Position numbers and translations under genes: made by a program. Under the pieces are notes generated by a model that saw only the letters and a program-made list of their open reading frames with translations, made no database searches and was not told the DNA's origin. Shown here one piece after another: positions 1 to 11,775 of a stretch of DNA of 64,000 bases. Position 1 is the first letter of the stretch, and each line of letters starts with the position of its first letter. This stretch comes from an uncultured Clostridium sp. (lineage in GTDB: Bacteria > Bacillota > Clostridia > TANB77 > CAG-508). The stretch spans positions 1,866-65,865 of the forward strand of contig CAOKHI010000001.1 in the NCBI GenBank assembly GCA_948468275.1. Direction: 5' to 3'.

Positions 1-1
1 A

Positions 2-196
2 GGAATAAATGTAATTTTAGATGATAGACAAAATGTAACAATGGGAGCTAAAATAAAAGATTGTAAAGTATTAGGAACACCATATATGGTGGTTTTAGGT
101 GATAAAGTAGAAACAGGTAAACTTGAGTTTGAAAATGTAATTACATGTGAAAAACAGATAATTGAAATAGATGAAATAATTGAAAAAATTATGTAA
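2..196 (+). CDS. C-terminal fragment (anticodon-binding domain) of a class II aminoacyl-tRNA synthetase, most like threonyl-tRNA synthetase; 5' end is outside the window
   Basis: Frame 2 translates GINVILDDRQNVTMGAKIKDCKVLGTPYMVVLGDKVETGKLEF...EKIM*. The DDR...GxKI(R/K)...(I/T)PYMxVxGD pattern is typical of ThrRS/ProRS C-terminal domains. Stop TAA at 194-196. Confidence 0.5.
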   Translation, partial: GINVILDDRQNVTMGAKIKDCKVLGTPYMVVLGDKVETGKLEFENVITCEKQIIEIDEIIEKIM

Positions 197-208
197 ATAT
201 GGTAAAAT
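180..208 (+). promoter_or_regulatory. Sigma-A-like promoter (TTGAAA-N17-TAAAAT) for small ORF 280..474; duplicated almost verbatim at 590-618
   Basis: -35 TTGAAA at 180-185, 17-nt spacer, -10 TAAAAT at 203-208. The same box ttgaaaaaattatgtaaa recurs at 590. Confidence 0.5.
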
Positions 209-279
209 GTAAATAAGATATGTAACTTGTAATTCAAAGAAGAAAAATTCTTCTTGAGCACAAAGAAAGGGAGACAAAA

Positions 280-474
280 ATGATAGTAGCAAGTGGTATT
301 GTAACATTAATATTATGTATTCTAATTGGTATTGGTGTGGCTGTTATATATATAAACATAGCCTATTGTTGTGACTTGAATACAGAATATGATCTTGAAA
401 CTGAGATTTCGCTTGCAGAATTGCCAGAGGATTATTGGATGATAATTCCAGCCAGAAAAATCTTAAAAAATTAG
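280..474 (+). CDS. Small hydrophobic membrane protein (64 aa), paralog of 694..897; conserved C-terminal L-x-x-LPED(Y/C)W motif
   Basis: Six-frame ORF. RBS-like aaagggagac precedes the ATG. N-terminal TM helix. C-terminal LAELPEDYWMII matches LFANLPEDCWILV of the paralog. Confidence 0.5.
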   Translation: MIVASGIVTLILCILIGIGVAVIYINIAYCCDLNTEYDLETEISLAELPEDYWMIIPARKILKN

Positions 475-526
475 AACAACAATAGTTGTTCGTTACTACT
501 AGAAAACTAAATAACTTACTAATTAA

Positions 527-560
527 AATGGCGAGCAATGCTTGCCATTTTAATTTATAC
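527..560 (+). terminator. Rho-independent terminator after small ORF 1
   Basis: Hairpin AAAATGGCGAGCA/TGCTTGCCATTTT (one G-U pair) followed by TTTTAATTT. Confidence 0.55.
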
Positions 561-589
561 AGTTTAGCTGAAATTATCTTATAAACATA

Positions 590-618
590 TTGAAAAAATT
601 ATGTAAACGTGATAAAAT
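590..618 (+). promoter_or_regulatory. Duplicated promoter (TTGAAA-N17-TAAAAT) for small ORF 694..897
   Basis: -35 at 590-595, -10 at 613-618. Spacer sequence is nearly identical to the copy at 180-208. Confidence 0.5.
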
Positions 619-693
619 ATAAATACATTTATGTAACTGTAAATTTTAAAAGTTATACTTTTAAAAGGGGCTTAGGGAAAGAAAGGGGAAAAA

Positions 694-897
694 ATGTCAC
701 TAATAATTTACATTACACTTTTTTGCATCTTTATTTCAATAGTACTTATAAACATGTCATATTACATAACTATAAAAAAAGAATTAATGGGATGTGAAGA
801 CATGGAAAAAGCACTTTTATTTGCAAATTTGCCAGAAGATTGTTGGATATTAGTAGTGGCAGAGTATGTATCAGAATTAAGAGAACGGCGTAGATAG
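694..897 (+). CDS. Small hydrophobic membrane protein (67 aa), paralog of 280..474
   Basis: RBS gaaaggggaaaaa before the ATG. TM N-terminus. Shared LPEDxW motif. The 5'UTR carries a hairpin at the equivalent position to copy 1 but with a different stem sequence. Confidence 0.5.
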   Translation: MSLIIYITLFCIFISIVLINMSYYITIKKELMGCEDMEKALLFANLPEDCWILVVAEYVSELRERRR

Positions 898-908
898 CCG
901 TTCTCTTA
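880..908. terminator. Bidirectional terminator between small ORF 2 (+) and asnS (-)
   Basis: Hairpin GAGAACGGCG tagatag CCGTTCTC, flanked by T/A runs on both strands. Confidence 0.5.
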
Positions 909-909
909 G

Positions 910-2301
910 TTAAAATTCACAATTATTTGGTGTTCTAGGGAAAGGAATTACATCACGAATGTTTTGCATTCCTGTTATATACATTATTAATCTTTCAAAA
1001 CCTAAACCAAATCCAGAATGTTCTACACTACCAAATCTACGTAAATCTAGATACCACCAATAATCTTCTTTATTTAATCCTAAAGCATCCATTCTTGAGG
1101 CAAGTTTATTTAAATCATCTTCTCTTTGACTACCACCAATAATTTCACCAATACCAGGAGCAAGAAGGTCTGTTGCTGCAACTGTTTTTCCATCTGGATT
1201 TTGCTTCATGTAAAAAGCCTTAATATCCATAGGATAATCTGTTACAAATACTGGTTTTTTAAATATTATTTCACTTAAATATCTTTCATGTTCTGTTTGC
1301 AAATCGCATCCCCAACTTACAGGAAATTGGAAAGATGAATTATTTTTTTCAAGAGCAGTAATAGCATCTGTATATGAAATTCGACCAAAATCAGAAGAAA
1401 CTACATTGTGTAATCTTTCAAGTAAAGTTTTATCTACAAAATTATTAAAGAATTCCATTTCTTCTGGGCAAGTTTCTAAAACATATGAAATAACAAATTT
1501 TAACATATCTTCTGCTAAATCCATATCATCTTGTAAGTTTGCAAAACAAATTTCAGGTTCAATCATCCAAAATTCAGCTGCATGTTTTACAGTGTTAGAA
1601 TTTTCAGCTCTAAAAGTTGGACCAAAAGTATACACATTTCTAAAGGCAAATGCATAATTTTCTACATCTAATTGACCACTTACGGTCAAATGAGCAGGTC
1701 TTGAAAAAAAATCTTTAGAAAAGTCTACTTTTCCATCATCTGTTTTTGGAATATTATTAAAATCGAAATTTGAAACACTAAACATTTCACCTGCACCTTC
1801 AGCATCACTAGATGTGATTATAGGACTATGAACATATACAAAATTTCTTTCTTGAAAAAATTTATGTATAGCATAAGAGGCAACTGAACGTACACGAAAT
1901 ACTGCATTAAAAGTATTTGTACGTGGACGTAAATGAGCAATAGTACGTAAATATTCAAAAGTATGTCGTTTCTTTTGAAGTGGGTAATCAGAATCAGAAA
2001 TGTTATTTATTAAAATTTCTGTAGCCTTAATTTCAAAAGGTTGTTTAGAACCTTCAGTTTTAACAAAATTTCCAGTAACTTTAATAGAAGAGCTAATAGT
2101 TAATTTACAAATTTGTTCGAAATTAGATAGACTATTATCAAAAACTATTTGAACATTCTTAAAAAACGAACCATCATTAATTTCAATAAATCCAAAAGTT
2201 TTAGAATCACGAATAGTTTTAACCCAAGCTTCTAATGTAACTGTTTTGTTCACATAATTATCGGTGTTCCTATATAAATCTTTTATTACTAATTTTTCCA
2301 T
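910..2301 (-). CDS. asnS: Asparagine--tRNA ligase (class IIb aaRS)
   Basis: 463 aa. N-terminal OB fold. Class II motifs ...FRAE... and C-terminal [12 protein letters not shown] typical of AsnRS. Length matches AsnRS. Confidence 0.9.
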   Translation of the reverse strand: MEKLVIKDLYRNTDNYVNKTVTLEAWVKTIRDSKTFGFIEINDGSFFKNVQIVFDNSLSNFEQICKLTISSSIKVTGNFVKTEGSKQPFEIKATEILINNISDSDYPLQKKRHTFEYLRTIAHLRPRTNTFNAVFRVRSVASYAIHKFFQERNFVYVHSPIITSSDAEGAGEMFSVSNFDFNNIPKTDDGKVDFSKDFFSRPAHLTVSGQLDVENYAFAFRNVYTFGPTFRAENSNTVKHAAEFWMIEPEICFANLQDDMDLAEDMLKFVISYVLETCPEEMEFFNNFVDKTLLERLHNVVSSDFGRISYTDAITALEKNNSSFQFPVSWGCDLQTEHERYLSEIIFKKPVFVTDYPMDIKAFYMKQNPDGKTVAATDLLAPGIGEIIGGSQREDDLNKLASRMDALGLNKEDYWWYLDLRRFGSVEHSGFGLGFERLIMYITGMQNIRDVIPFPRTPNNCEF

Positions 2302-2673
2302 AATATCCTCCCTGAATTAATATACACACATTATACATAAATAAACAAATAAATTCAAGAATTTTAATGTAAAAATAGACAATACAGAAAAAATAATATA
2401 TAATAATTTAAGAAAGTAGGAAAAGGTATGGTTAAATAAGATCTATTAAATAAGAAAGAAATTTATAATAATAAATCTATATTAAGTAAACAATTACAAT
2501 AAAACATTTAATATAGATTTTGCATATAATTCTACAACAATAGAAGGAAATATATTAACTTTATTAGAAACTAAATTATATGTGGCAAAAATTAATAGAA
2601 AGATTAGAAAATGTTAACAAAATAATAATTCAGCAAATGAATGCAAAAAAAATCTATAATTGGAGGTATTAAA

Positions 2674-4425
2674 ATGCATAAGTACAGAACACAAAATTGT
2701 GGAGAATTAAATGAAAATTATATAGGAGAAACTGTAAAGCTCGCAGGATGGGTTCAAAAAATTAGAAATTTAGGAGCTATGACATTTATAGACTTAAGAG
2801 ATGAATTTGGAATTACTCAAATAGTAATACAAGATGTTGAAAAACTACCACAAGACATTACAACAGAAAGTTGTATTAATGTAATAGGTCAAGTAGTAGA
2901 AAGAGCAAGTAAGAACAATAAAATACCAACAGGTAATATAGAAGTTATTGCAAAACAGATACAAATACTTGGAAAATGTAAAAATGTTTTACCATTTGAG
3001 ATTAATTCTAAAGAACAAAATATAGCAAGAGAAGACTTACGTTTAGAATACAGATTCTTAGATCTTAGAAATGACCATATACATAAAAATATTTTACTAA
3101 GATCAAATATAATGAAAACACTAAGAAATAAAATGGATGAATTAGGATTTACAGAAATACAAACTCCAATACTTGCAAATTCATCACCAGAAGGAGCAAG
3201 AGATTTTTTAGTACCAAGCAGAATTCATCAAGGAGAATTTTATGCATTACCACAAGCACCACAACAATTTAAACAATTGTTAATGGTATCTGGATTTAAT
3301 AAATATTATCAAATAGCTCCATGTTTTAGAGATGAAGACCCACGAGCAGATAGAGCACCAGGAGAGTTTTATCAATTAGACTTTGAAATGAGCTTTGCAG
3401 ACCAAGAAGATGTATTTAAAGTATTAGAAGAAATAATACCAGAAGTATTTGAAAAATATACAACATGGAAAGTAGACAAAGGACCATTTATACGTATTCC
3501 ATATAAAGAAGCGATGGAAAAATATGGAATAGATAAACCAGATTTAAGAAATCCATTAATAATACAAGATGTAACAGATATATTTGAAAACGCACAATTT
3601 AATGCATTTAAAGAAAAAACAATAAAAGTAATAGTAGTAGATAATATGGAAGAAAAACCAAGAAAATTTTTTGATAATATGTCTACATTTGCACAAGAAG
3701 AATTAGGTGCAAAAGGACTTGCATGGGTAAAAATAGATAAAGACAAAAATCTAAATGGTGGAATATCTAAATTTATAGATGAACAAACCAAAAATGAATT
3801 ACTAAATAAAATAGGTGCAAAAGAAAGCTCAGCAATATTTTTTATTGCAGATGAACTACAAACAGCACAAAAAATAGCAGGAGGAGTAAGAATAGAATTA
3901 GGAAAAAGTTTAGACTTATTAGAAAAAGATACATATAGATTTTGTTTAATAGTAGACTTTCCAATGTATGAATTATCAGATGAAGGAACAATAGACTTTA
4001 ACCATAATCCATTCTCAATGCCACAAGGAGGAATGAAAGCATTAGAAGAACAACCACCATTAGAAATACTTGCATATCAATACGACTTAGTATGTAATGG
4101 ATATGAAATGGCATCAGGAGCAGTAAGAAATCATTCACCAGAACTAATGATAAAAGCATTTGAAATAGCAGGTTACACAAAAAAAGATGTAGAAGAAAGA
4201 TTTGGGGCCTTATTTAATGCATTCCAATATGGAACACCGCCACATGCAGGAGCAGCACCAGGATTAGACAGAATGGTAATGCTAATAGCAAATGAAGAAA
4301 ACCTAAGACAAGTAATAGCATTTCCAAAAAACAAAAAAGCAAGAGATTTACTTATGAGAGCACCAAGTGTGGTAACCCAAGAACAATTAAAAGATGTACA
4401 TATAAAATTAGATTTAGAAAAATAG
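2674..4425 (+). CDS. aspS: Aspartate--tRNA ligase (bacterial type, about 584 aa)
   Basis: GGAGG RBS at 2662-2666, then ATG at 2674 (MHKYRTQNCGEL...). Motifs [16 protein letters not shown] and GAAPGLDRMVMLI are diagnostic of AspRS. The ORF-track start at 2641 lacks an RBS. Confidence 0.9.
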   Translation: MHKYRTQNCGELNENYIGETVKLAGWVQKIRNLGAMTFIDLRDEFGITQIVIQDVEKLPQDITTESCINVIGQVVERASKNNKIPTGNIEVIAKQIQILGKCKNVLPFEINSKEQNIAREDLRLEYRFLDLRNDHIHKNILLRSNIMKTLRNKMDELGFTEIQTPILANSSPEGARDFLVPSRIHQGEFYALPQAPQQFKQLLMVSGFNKYYQIAPCFRDEDPRADRAPGEFYQLDFEMSFADQEDVFKVLEEIIPEVFEKYTTWKVDKGPFIRIPYKEAMEKYGIDKPDLRNPLIIQDVTDIFENAQFNAFKEKTIKVIVVDNMEEKPRKFFDNMSTFAQEELGAKGLAWVKIDKDKNLNGGISKFIDEQTKNELLNKIGAKESSAIFFIADELQTAQKIAGGVRIELGKSLDLLEKDTYRFCLIVDFPMYELSDEGTIDFNHNPFSMPQGGMKALEEQPPLEILAYQYDLVCNGYEMASGAVRNHSPELMIKAFEIAGYTKKDVEERFGALFNAFQYGTPPHAGAAPGLDRMVMLIANEENLRQVIAFPKNKKARDLLMRAPSVVTQEQLKDVHIKLDLEK

Positions 4426-4592
4426 GATAAGTTAATTTAGTTGTATATTAACATCTCCAATAGTTAAAAATATTTATAAATTTAATTATTGTTTAGATAC
4501 ATACCTTTTTGTATGAACATTGAATAAGGAAGGAGTATTGTTGAATGGATAATCTATATTTAGAATTTTCTAAATATAGATTAGAAAGAGTA

Positions 4593-4628
4593 AAAGAATG
4601 ATATGTTGTTTACATATCATTCTTTTTG
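4593..4628 (+). terminator. Rho-independent terminator downstream of aspS
   Basis: Hairpin AAGAATGATATG ttgtttac CATATCATTCTT followed by TTTT. Confidence 0.6.
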
Positions 4629-4700
4629 CAAATATCAACATATTATGCAAATAGTTATACTAAAAGAAAAAATAATATTGATATATGTGTAAAAAAGATA

Positions 4701-4729
4701 TTGACACAAAAAAGCATGTTTTATAAAAT
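4701..4729 (+). promoter_or_regulatory. Sigma-A-type promoter TTGACA-N17-TAAAAT upstream of 4784 gene
   Basis: Read directly from the sequence. Confidence 0.5.
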
Positions 4730-4783
4730 GTGAATAGCAAATTGAAAATAAGGAAAAAATGTAATTATACAGAGGAGTAAGTA

Positions 4784-6364
4784 ATGAAAAAAATTAACAA
4801 AATAGGAAAAAATGCCATAACACTAATAGCACTTGTAATAACGATAATAATTATATTAATTTTAGCAGGTGTAACTTTAACAATATTAATAGGAGAAAAT
4901 GGATTATTTGCAAAAACTATAAAAACAAAAGAAATGTATGAGCAAAAATCTGCAAAAGAAAGATTAGAATTAGTCTTAAAAGAGATGCAGATAGATAAAA
5001 GAGCGAATAATGAATATAATAAAGAAGAATATTTGACCAATAAGATAAAAGAAAATGGAATTGAAGTTAGTGGGAATTATGTTGTAGTAGATGGATATAA
5101 TTTTGAGATTGATAGAGATATATTAGAAATAGTATCAGGAGGAAGTAAAAACGAAGAAATAAGAACAAATGAAAGTATAATTGGAAAGATATCTACAATA
5201 AATACTACAGGATATTATAAAATAGAATTAACTGCAAAACCAGAAGAGCAAATTAAGTATAATGTGCATTTATTAAATTATGATGGGGATTTGATATTAG
5301 ATGGAGTAAAACAAGTAGAAGGTTCAACTCTTACAAATAATATATATGAATTTGGAGATAAAGATACAGATGTAGCAACTAAAACAGAAGATGCAAAAAA
5401 TATGGTAATTATAAAAGTAAATGGAAATTTAATAATAAATGAAAATATTACATTAACAGCATGTAAAAGTACTGATGGATATGGTGGACCAAAAGGAATA
5501 CTAATTTATTGTACAGGTTCTATAACTAATAAAGGAACAATTAGTATGACAGCAAGAGGAGCAAGAGCAAATGGAGAAGATGTATATTTATGGCAAAATT
5601 CAGATAAAAGCTATGAATATATACCAGCAGTAGGAGCAAATGGAGCAGAGCCAAAGAGTATAGCAGGTTTAACTGCTACTGATTCAATAACAACAAATGA
5701 GACTTTTTTTGGAAATAATGGAGAAAATGGTATTAAAAGACAATCTGGAGGTGGTGGTTCTGGTTCGGCTCAAGCATGGAGATCGACAAATATGGGAACT
5801 ACAACAGCACTAAAAGGAGGAAATGGAACATCATATTCAGGTGGAAGTGGTTCAGGAGGAATTAGAATTGATGTATCTGGAAATAGTTCTACATATAATG
5901 GATATGCAGCATCAGAAAATGGAGGAGCAGGAGGAGATGGTAATGCAAGACAAGGAAATCAATCTAGTGTATATGCAGGAGGAGGTTCAGGAAATCCAGG
6001 AGGACTAGGAAATTATAGTTCATCTGGCTGGACCATGAGAGCATATCCAAACTCAAATGGACAAAATGGAACAGGAGGATTACTAATAATTAATGCATTA
6101 AATGTAAATAATTTTGGAATAATAGAATCTAATGGAACAGATGCATTACCTAAGAGTGCACAAACATTAAAAGGATCTGGAGGAGGAGGATCTGGAGCAG
6201 GAAGTATAAATATATTTTATAGAAATGAATACAAACAAACAGGAAAAGTAGAAGCAATAGGGGGAATAGGAGGTTATTTAACTACAAAAGGAGGAAATGG
6301 AGGAAGTGGAGCTATAACAATAGGAAGTATTTTAACAGGAACATTTATAGAAAAGGGAAAATAA
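4784..6364 (+). CDS. Gly/Ser/Asn-rich surface protein (526 aa) with a conserved N-terminal signal-anchor shared with two paralogs; probable beta-helix/adhesin-like
   Basis: RBS agaggag before the ATG. N-terminus MKKINKIGKNAITLIALVITIIIILILAGVTLTILIGENGLFAKT. The C-terminal part is rich in GGSGSGG / GNGG repeats. Confidence 0.7.
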   Translation: MKKINKIGKNAITLIALVITIIIILILAGVTLTILIGENGLFAKTIKTKEMYEQKSAKERLELVLKEMQIDKRANNEYNKEEYLTNKIKENGIEVSGNYVVVDGYNFEIDRDILEIVSGGSKNEEIRTNESIIGKISTINTTGYYKIELTAKPEEQIKYNVHLLNYDGDLILDGVKQVEGSTLTNNIYEFGDKDTDVATKTEDAKNMVIIKVNGNLIINENITLTACKSTDGYGGPKGILIYCTGSITNKGTISMTARGARANGEDVYLWQNSDKSYEYIPAVGANGAEPKSIAGLTATDSITTNETFFGNNGENGIKRQSGGGGSGSAQAWRSTNMGTTTALKGGNGTSYSGGSGSGGIRIDVSGNSSTYNGYAASENGGAGGDGNARQGNQSSVYAGGGSGNPGGLGNYSSSGWTMRAYPNSNGQNGTGGLLIINALNVNNFGIIESNGTDALPKSAQTLKGSGGGGSGAGSINIFYRNEYKQTGKVEAIGGIGGYLTTKGGNGGSGAITIGSILTGTFIEKGK

Positions 6365-6365
6365 A

Positions 6366-6416
6366 AAATGTACTATAAATTATTTATCTTAAATAATTTA
6401 TAGTACATTTTTAGAT
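6366..6416. terminator. Bidirectional terminator between convergent genes (4784 gene and cdd)
   Basis: Perfect 21-bp inverted repeat AAAATGTACTATAAATTATTT ... AAATAATTTATAGTACATTTT. Confidence 0.65.
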
Positions 6417-6429
6417 TTATTTTAATAAC

Positions 6430-6825
6430 TTATATTGTAAAAGAATGTGGCAATAATTCATGGATTGTATAACTTTCTATTTCATCATTTTCACCAAAAC
6501 ATGTATAAATTTTAAAATCACCATCAACATATTGATTCATAAATTGTCTACAATAACCACAAGGTAAACATTTTTCCAAAACAGAAGCATCCTTTAGAGC
6601 ACCAACTACAACAATATAACTAAATTCACTTTCTCCCTCTGATAAAGCCTTCACAAAAGCAGTTCTTTCAGCACATATACTTTGAATACCATCATTTTCG
6701 ATATTACATCCAGAATAAAATTTTCCATTTTTTGTAACTAAACAAGAACCAACATAATAAAAACTAGCATGGGCGTTTTTTCTAGTATTTTTGGCAATTT
6801 CAATTGCTTTATATAAATCATCCAT
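6430..6825 (-). CDS. cdd: Cytidine deaminase
   Basis: 131 aa. Zinc-binding motifs CAERTA and PCGYCRQ. Confidence 0.85.
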   Translation of the reverse strand: MDDLYKAIEIAKNTRKNAHASFYYVGSCLVTKNGKFYSGCNIENDGIQSICAERTAFVKALSEGESEFSYIVVVGALKDASVLEKCLPCGYCRQFMNQYVDGDFKIYTCFGENDEIESYTIHELLPHSFTI

Positions 6826-7049
6826 AATATTTTTATCCTTTCAAAATAAAATATATATTAATTATATTTATAACATAATAAAAAGTCAAATAAAAATTTA
6901 TCTAAAATAAGCTATTTTTATTGACAAATACTTATTATGCATGATAAAATTATAATCGTTATGAAAAATGCCAATAAGTGGCATTTCCGTAACAGTTTTA
7001 TTTTGTCACAAAAATGAAACATTTGTAGAAAATAGGAGGTGAAATTTAA

Positions 7050-7463
7050 GTGCCAACAATTAATCAATTAGTTAGAAAAGGAAGAAAAAGTGTAGGATCT
7101 AAATCTACTGCACCAGCATTACAACATGGTTATAACTCTAAAAAGAAAAGATTAACAGATTCAAGAGCACCACAAAAAAGAGGTGTATGTACAGTAGTAA
7201 AAACAGTTACACCAAAAAAACCAAACTCAGCTTTAAGAAAAGTAGCCAGAGTTAGACTATCTAATGGTTATGAAGTAACATCTTACATACCAGGTATAGG
7301 ACACAATCTTCAAGAACATAGTGTTGTTTTAATAAGAGGAGGAAGGGTAAAAGACCTACCAGGTGTTAGATACCATATCATTAGAGGAACTTTAGATACA
7401 GCAGGTGTTAAAGACAGAATGCAAGCGCGTTCAAAATATGGAGCAAAACGTCCAAAAAAATAA
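7050..7463 (+). CDS. rpsL: 30S ribosomal protein S12
   Basis: GTG start. [13 protein letters not shown]... 137 aa, highly conserved. Confidence 0.95.
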   Translation: MPTINQLVRKGRKSVGSKSTAPALQHGYNSKKKRLTDSRAPQKRGVCTVVKTVTPKKPNSALRKVARVRLSNGYEVTSYIPGIGHNLQEHSVVLIRGGRVKDLPGVRYHIIRGTLDTAGVKDRMQARSKYGAKRPKK

Positions 7464-7733
7464 TTGGAAGAAAAATATAGATTATACATTAAATAAATAA
7501 TCTGTAAAAGCTTCATTTAGTGCTTATAATTGATTTATTGATTTTAGGATTTTTTAAGGTACTTAAATTGTAATAGATTATATGCACTATACGGGAAAGA
7601 ATTTACTTTCCAGAGTAACTTTAGATATTTTATAAATATCAGTAAAATTTAGGAAAAAGAGAAATGATAGAAAAGTAATTACAGTAAAGGAAAATCTATA
7701 TCAATCTCTAATCCAGAAAAGGAGTGAAGAATA

Positions 7734-8204
7734 GTGCCAAGAAAAGGATATATAGCAAAAAGAGATGTTTTAGCAGATCCAATATACAATAGCAAAATAG
7801 TTACAAAATTAGTAAACAATATTATGCTAGATGGTAAAAAATCTGTTGCTCAAAAAATAGTTTATGATGCATTTGATATCATAAAAGAAAAAGAGCAAAA
7901 AGATCCATTAGAAGTTTTCGAAGCAGCATTAAATAACATAATGCCAGTTCTTGAAGTAAAAGCAAGAAGAGTTGGTGGAGCAACATATCAAGTTCCATTA
8001 GAAATAAGACCAGAAAGAAGACAAACTTTAGGACTAAGATGGATCGTAAACTATGCACGTAATAGACATGAAAAAACAATGGCTGAAAAATTAGCAAATG
8101 AAATATTAGATGCTATAGCAGGAAATGGTGGAGCATTTAAGAAAAAAGAAGATATGCATAGAATGGCAGAAGCAAACAAAGCATTTGCACATTATAAATG
8201 GTAA
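7734..8204 (+). CDS. rpsG: 30S ribosomal protein S7
   Basis: [28 protein letters not shown]... 156 aa. Confidence 0.95.
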   Translation: MPRKGYIAKRDVLADPIYNSKIVTKLVNNIMLDGKKSVAQKIVYDAFDIIKEKEQKDPLEVFEAALNNIMPVLEVKARRVGGATYQVPLEIRPERRQTLGLRWIVNYARNRHEKTMAEKLANEILDAIAGNGGAFKKKEDMHRMAEANKAFAHYKW

Positions 8205-8308
8205 AATTAAGGGTATAATCTCTTATAAAAGAGATTATAGGGACGTTATTAATCGTCCACTCTTATAAGAAATATCTAAGAAGGATAAAAAAGAAAAGGA
8301 GGATAAAA

Positions 8309-10393
8309 GTGGCAAATAGAGAAATTTCGTTAGAAAAAACAAGAAATATAGGAATAATGGCCCATATAGATGCTGGTAAAACAACAACTACAGAGAGAAT
8401 ACTTTTCTATACAGGTAGAGTTCATAAAATTGGAGAAACACATGAAGGTGCTGCAACAATGGACTGGATGGCTCAAGAGCAAGAAAGAGGTATAACAATT
8501 ACTTCTGCTGCAACAACATGTCACTGGTTAGATAACAGAATAAATATAATAGACACTCCAGGTCACGTTGACTTTACAGTTGAAGTTGAAAGATCATTAA
8601 GAGTATTAGATGGTTCTGTAACTGTATTTTGTGCAAAAGGTGGTGTTCAACCACAATCTGAAACAGTTTGGAGACAAGCAGATAAATATCATGTTCCAAG
8701 AATGGCATATGTAAACAAAATGGATATTACAGGTGCTAATTTCTTAGGATGTGTTGAACAAATGAAAGAAAGATTAAATGCAAATGCAATTCCAATCCAA
8801 TTACCGATAGGAGCAGAAGATACATTCCAAGGAATTGTAGATTTAATCAAAATGAGAGCATTTGTTCATAAAGACGATTTAGGAAAAGAAATAGAAGAAC
8901 AAGATATTCCAACAGATATGGTTGCTGATTGTGAAAAATATAGAAGCCAAATGATAGAAGCAGTAGCAGAACAAAATGATGAGTTAATGATGAAATATTT
9001 AGAAGGAGAAGAACTAACAGAAGCTGAAATAAAAAAAGGATTACGTATAGGAACAATAAAGAACACAATAGTTCCAGTATGCTGTGGTTCATCTTATAAA
9101 AATAAAGGTGTTCAAGAACTATTAAATTCAATAGTAGACTATATGCCATCTCCACTAGATATACCACACATAAAAGGTCAAGATATGGATGGAAATGAAA
9201 CAGAAGCCATAACAGGAGATGACCAACCATTTGCAGCATTAGCATTTAAAATTGCTACAGACCCATTTGTTGGAAAACTTTGTTTCTTTAGAGTATATTC
9301 AGGAACATTAGAATCAGGTTCAACAGTATTAAACTCTACAAAAAACAAAAAAGAGAGAATAGGAAGAATATTACAAATGCATGCAAACCATAGAGAAGAC
9401 ATAGAAAAAGTATATTCAGGAGATATTGCAGCAGCAGTTGGATTAAAAGAAGTTACAACAGGAGATACATTATGCGATCCAGCACATCCAGTTATATTAG
9501 AATCTATGGAATTCCCAGAACCAGTTATAGATATAGCTATTGAGCCAAAAGACAAAGTAGCTAGTGAAAAAATGGGAATAGCACTTGCTAAACTTGCAGA
9601 AGAAGATCCAACATTTAAAACATATACAAACCATGAAACAGGTCAAACAGTTATAGCAGGAATGGGAGAATTACATCTAGATATTATAGTAGATAGATTA
9701 AAAAGAGAATTTAAAGTAGAAGCAAATGTAGGTAAACCACAAGTTGCATATAAAGAAACTATAAGAGAAAAAGTTAAAGTTGAAGGAAAATTCATACGTC
9801 AATCAGGTGGACGTGGACAATATGGTCATGTTTGGCTAGAAATGGAACCACTAGAGCCAGGAACAGGAATAGAATTTGAAAGCAAAATAGTAGGTGGAGT
9901 TGTTCCAAAAGAATATGTAAAACCAATTGAAGAAGGAATTAGAGAAGCAGCTGAAAGTGGAATTCTTGCAGGATATCCTGTTATAGACTTTAAAGCAACA
10001 TTAGTAGATGGTTCATACCACGAAGTTGATTCATCAGAAATGGCATTTAAAATAGCAGGTTCAATGGCATTCAAAGAAGGATGTAAAAAAGCAAAATCAG
10101 TAATACTAGAACCAATAATGAGAGTAGAAGTAACAGTTCCAGAAGAATACATGGGAGATGTTATAGGAGATATAAACTCAAGACGTGGAAGAATGGAAGG
10201 AATGGAAGCAAGAAGTGGAAACCAAATAATAAGAGGATTTATTCCATTATCAGAAATGTTTGGTTACGCAACAGACTTACGTTCTAAAACACAAGGAAGA
10301 GGAACATATGCAATGGAACCATCACATTATGAAGAAGTTCCAAAATCAGTATTAGAAGCAATAGTATCATCAAGAGCTAAAAAAGAAGAATAG
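8309..10393 (+). CDS. fusA: Elongation factor G
   Basis: GTG start. [19 protein letters not shown]-domain. 694 aa. Confidence 0.95.
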   Translation: MANREISLEKTRNIGIMAHIDAGKTTTTERILFYTGRVHKIGETHEGAATMDWMAQEQERGITITSAATTCHWLDNRINIIDTPGHVDFTVEVERSLRVLDGSVTVFCAKGGVQPQSETVWRQADKYHVPRMAYVNKMDITGANFLGCVEQMKERLNANAIPIQLPIGAEDTFQGIVDLIKMRAFVHKDDLGKEIEEQDIPTDMVADCEKYRSQMIEAVAEQNDELMMKYLEGEELTEAEIKKGLRIGTIKNTIVPVCCGSSYKNKGVQELLNSIVDYMPSPLDIPHIKGQDMDGNETEAITGDDQPFAALAFKIATDPFVGKLCFFRVYSGTLESGSTVLNSTKNKKERIGRILQMHANHREDIEKVYSGDIAAAVGLKEVTTGDTLCDPAHPVILESMEFPEPVIDIAIEPKDKVASEKMGIALAKLAEEDPTFKTYTNHETGQTVIAGMGELHLDIIVDRLKREFKVEANVGKPQVAYKETIREKVKVEGKFIRQSGGRGQYGHVWLEMEPLEPGTGIEFESKIVGGVVPKEYVKPIEEGIREAAESGILAGYPVIDFKATLVDGSYHEVDSSEMAFKIAGSMAFKEGCKKAKSVILEPIMRVEVTVPEEYMGDVIGDINSRRGRMEGMEARSGNQIIRGFIPLSEMFGYATDLRSKTQGRGTYAMEPSHYEEVPKSVLEAIVSSRAKKEE

Positions 10394-10519
10394 AAGTAAA
10401 ATAATAAAATTACCTAAAATGCTTGCATTTTTAATAATTTTATTATAAAATGCATATACTAACACAAATTAGTTATTAAATTTAAAAAATAAAATAAAAA
10501 AATAAGGAGGAATTCAAAA

Positions 10520-11722
10520 ATGGCTAAAGCTAAATTTGAAAGAACAAAACCACACGTTAACATTGGAACAATCGGTCACGTTGACCACGGAAAAACAACA
10601 ACAACAGCAGCTATTACAAAATACTTAGGATTATTAGGAAAAGCAGAATTCGCAGCTTATGACAAAATCGATGGAGCACCAGAAGAAAAAGCAAGAGGAA
10701 TCACAATTAATACAGCACACGTTGAATATGAAACAGACAACAGACACTATGCACACGTTGACTGTCCAGGACACGCAGACTATGTTAAAAACATGATTAC
10801 AGGTGCTGCACAAATGGACGGAGCAATATTAGTAGTATCAGCAGCAGATGGACCAATGCCTCAAACAAGAGAACATATACTACTTGCAAGACAAGTTGGT
10901 GTTAAATACATTGTTGTATACTTAAACAAATGTGATATGGTAGACGATCCAGAGTTATTAGAATTAGTTGAAATGGAAGTTAGAGATTTATTATCAAGCT
11001 ATGATTTCCCAGGAGATGATATTCCAATCATAAAAGGATCATCATTAAAAGTATTAGAATCATCATCAACAGATCCAAATGCAGCAGAATATGTGCCAAT
11101 GAAAGAATTAATGGAAGCAGTTGATAGCTATATACCAACACCAGAAAGACCAGTAGATCAACCATTCCTAATGCCAGTTGAAGACGTATTCACAATAACT
11201 GGACGTGGAACAGTTGCAACAGGTAGAGTAGAAAGAGGAATAGTAAAAGTTTCTGATGAAATTGAAATGGTAGGATTATCAGCAGAAAGAAGAAAAACAG
11301 TTGTTACAGGTGTTGAAATGTTCAGAAAATTACTAGATCAAGCAGAAGCAGGAGATAACATAGGAGTTTTATTAAGAGGTGTAGATAGAAAAGACATCGA
11401 AAGAGGTCAAGTTCTAGCAAAACCAGGAACAATAAACCCACATACAAAATTCAAATCAGAAGTTTATGTACTAACAAAAGAAGAAGGTGGAAGACACACA
11501 CCATTCTTCAACGGATACAGACCACAATTCTACTTCAGAACAACAGACGTTACAGGTGTTATTGAATTACCAGCAGGAACAGAAATGGTTATGCCAGGAG
11601 ATAACATTGCAATGACAATAGAACTTATTACACCAATAGCAATTGAAAAAGGATTAAGATTTGCTATACGTGAAGGTGGAAGAACAGTAGGTTCTGGAAT
11701 AGTTTCTGAAATATTAGCATAA
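10520..11722 (+). CDS. tuf: Elongation factor Tu
   Basis: [27 protein letters not shown]... 400 aa. Confidence 0.95.
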   Translation: MAKAKFERTKPHVNIGTIGHVDHGKTTTTAAITKYLGLLGKAEFAAYDKIDGAPEEKARGITINTAHVEYETDNRHYAHVDCPGHADYVKNMITGAAQMDGAILVVSAADGPMPQTREHILLARQVGVKYIVVYLNKCDMVDDPELLELVEMEVRDLLSSYDFPGDDIPIIKGSSLKVLESSSTDPNAAEYVPMKELMEAVDSYIPTPERPVDQPFLMPVEDVFTITGRGTVATGRVERGIVKVSDEIEMVGLSAERRKTVVTGVEMFRKLLDQAEAGDNIGVLLRGVDRKDIERGQVLAKPGTINPHTKFKSEVYVLTKEEGGRHTPFFNGYRPQFYFRTTDVTGVIELPAGTEMVMPGDNIAMTIELITPIAIEKGLRFAIREGGRTVGSGIVSEILA

Positions 11723-11739
11723 GATAAACAAGATATATA

Positions 11740-11775
11740 AATAGCAAGGATTCTCTTAATCCTTGCTATTTATTT
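11740..11775 (+). terminator. Rho-independent terminator after tuf
   Basis: AAATAGCAAGGATT ctctta AATCCTTGCTATTT followed by a T-rich tract. Confidence 0.65.

Noticed and set aside
2302-2673. T-box leader upstream of asnS and/or first aspS
   Set aside because: No GGGTGGTACCGCG-like box on either strand. The region is uniformly AT-rich.
4784-4900. Calling the conserved N-terminus of the surface-protein family a canonical type IV prepilin signal
   Set aside because: It lacks the G-F-(T/S)-L-x-E cleavage and methylation motif. Only the hydrophobic-helix character is shared, so this is reported as a possibly distinct signal instead.
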